A stretch of DNA of 54,691 nucleotides, from positions 1 to 54,691 of IMG/VR virus record IMGVR_UViG_3300020044_007012. The stretch is one strand, 5' to 3'. A program made the translations under genes and the position numbers. The DNA is from a virus (Duplodnaviria; Caudoviricetes). A model generated the notes under the pieces. That model was not told the origin of the DNA. It searched no databases and saw only the letters and a program-made list of their open reading frames with translations. Of the stretch, positions 53,472-54,691 are shown piece by piece. Positions within the stretch are counted from its first letter, which is position 1, and the number at the start of each line of letters is the position of its first letter.

Positions 53472-54367
53472 GGTTGTGTTCCTTCCAGTGCTTCAACTCG
53501 GGCGGTCAAAGCGGTCAGCGCAGCTTGCTGTGCGTCGATTAAGGCTTGTTGTTCTTGGATGGCTGCTGTCAGTGTGGCAACCAAGAAGCTGGTGTCGATG
53601 CCTTGAGGTTTGATGGAGCCGTCTTCGTTGACAGCGTCTTTCTCGCCAGTCACGCACTGAGGCACGACTTCGGCGAGTTCATGGGCGATGAAGCCTTCAC
53701 CGTCAGAGCCGTCTGCTTTCCACTTGTAGGTGCAGGGCTTCAGGGCAGCAACCTTTGCCAGCGCACCAGTCATCGGCTGGATGTCTTCTTTCAGACGGTA
53801 GTCGGAGCTGGTGTTGTAAGCGACAGCAGTGGTTCCGTTTTGGGTAATTGAACCAATGCCTGTGCCGTTATACGAAAACTGAAGATATTGTGCTCCGCTA
53901 CCTGTGCCAGTTGTGTGTCCGATAGACAAAGTGCTGTAGCCGTTATACAACTGAAGCGCAAAGCCGTTTCCGGCAACGTTTAAACCAGCCGAGGGAGTCC
54001 CCACCAGCAAGTTACCGCTGGAGTCGATACGGGCGCGTTCTGTGCCGCCACTTTGCCAAACGTGAGCGCCAGCAGCAGAACTGTTGGATGTAGGGAAGGC
54101 GTTGTATGTAACCTCCCCGTTGCCAACATCTGTTGTGCCAATCTTGAGTTGGACGTTGCTTGATCTAATCGTTGCGATGTTTTGTGTACCACCAGCGCCT
54201 GTGTTTGCTTCAAAACGTGTGCTTGGCGAACTCGTCCCAATACCCACGTTACCGCCAGTAGTAGTCACCAGCGTGTTAGCAGGGGTCGTGTCAGCAAAGA
54301 CTACACCGTCACCTGTGTAGCCACCATCGTTGGTGATGCCCGTTGTTCCGTTCAAAACGATGCTCAT
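53468..54367 (-). CDS. Tail fibre with C-terminal intramolecular chaperone (peptidase S74; 299 aa)
   Basis: GNVGIGTSSP; SSDYRLKE...GFIAHELAEV.P; paralogue of the downstream gene. Confidence 0.85.
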   Translation of the reverse strand: MSIVLNGTTGITNDGGYTGDGVVFADTTPANTLVTTTGGNVGIGTSSPSTRFEANTGAGGTQNIATIRSSNVQLKIGTTDVGNGEVTYNAFPTSNSSAAGAHVWQSGGTERARIDSSGNLLVGTPSAGLNVAGNGFALQLYNGYSTLSIGHTTGTGSGAQYLQFSYNGTGIGSITQNGTTAVAYNTSSDYRLKEDIQPMTGALAKVAALKPCTYKWKADGSDGEGFIAHELAEVVPQCVTGEKDAVNEDGSIKPQGIDTSFLVATLTAAIQEQQALIDAQQAALTALTARVEALEGTQP

Positions 54368-54376
54368 ATTTGCTCC

Positions 54377-54691
54377 TTAAAGCACCACCCACACCGAGCC
54401 CGAAGGCACGGTGACGGAGACGCCGCTGTCAATTGTGATCGGGCCTGTGCTCATGGCGTTCTTGCCCGCAGTGATAGTGTAATTGGCGGTGACGTTTTGG
54501 TCATTCTCGTAGAACACCTGATTGCCCCCGCCGCCCGATGCCCCGCCGCCGATGGGTACCACGGTGCCGCCCGCGTTCTTGACGTACATCTTGCGGTCAG
54601 CGGCGTTGACCGCCAGCTCGATGCCGTTGGCGTCGGTGTTCATGTTTGCCGCCAGCGGGACGTTGCCTGCGGTGGTGGAGCCGTAAAGCTG
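54377..54691 (-). CDS. 3' part of the junction-spanning virion protein (true start at 148)
   Basis: VFYEN...V..NYTIT.GKNAMS.GPITI..GV.VTVP.GS.W motif. Confidence 0.8.
   Translation of the reverse strand, partial: QLYGSTTAGNVPLAANMNTDANGIELAVNAADRKMYVKNAGGTVVPIGGGASGGGGNQVFYENDQNVTANYTITAGKNAMSTGPITIDSGVSVTVPSGSVWVVL
54571..54691. repeat. Second copy of the 121-bp terminal repeat
   Basis: Identical to 1-121. Confidence 0.95.

Noticed and set aside
52533-54367. Diversity-generating retroelement or invertible shufflon at the tail fibres
   Set aside because: No reverse transcriptase or invertase is present; the repeats are direct and identical, without adenine-specific mismatches

Overview
The window is an apparently complete, circularly assembled tailed-phage genome of about 54,570 bp: bases 1-121 are identical to 54571-54691, and one gene runs across the junction. 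The architecture is podovirus-like (P22-style). The minus strand carries TerS/TerL, portal, scaffold, major capsid, head-tail adaptors, putative DNA-ejection proteins, tail fibres with S74 chaperone domains, a GH108 endolysin and a holin. It also carries a replication block: P4/D5-type primase-helicase, SF2 helicase, VRR-NUC nuclease and a ParB-methylase. A divergent plus-strand early region holds YqaJ/RecT, DUF2303 and many small ORFs. I found no integrase, DNA/RNA polymerase, tRNA or CRISPR array. The most notable feature is three tandem, tightly coupled genes inside the head operon that resemble three different immune-signal sponge families: Acb2/Tad1-like, Tad2/DUF2829 fused to an uncharacterised N-terminal domain, and Acb4/Gp49-like. 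Other notable features are a covarying SD-sequestering hairpin shared by three head-assembly genes, an iteron/IHF origin, a palindromic operator set, several candidate structured RNAs, a recurrent xAxGG motif in putative virion-internal proteins, and a homing-endonuclease insertion that left a duplicated tail-gene N-terminus. All family calls come from motif recognition by eye; no database searches were run.
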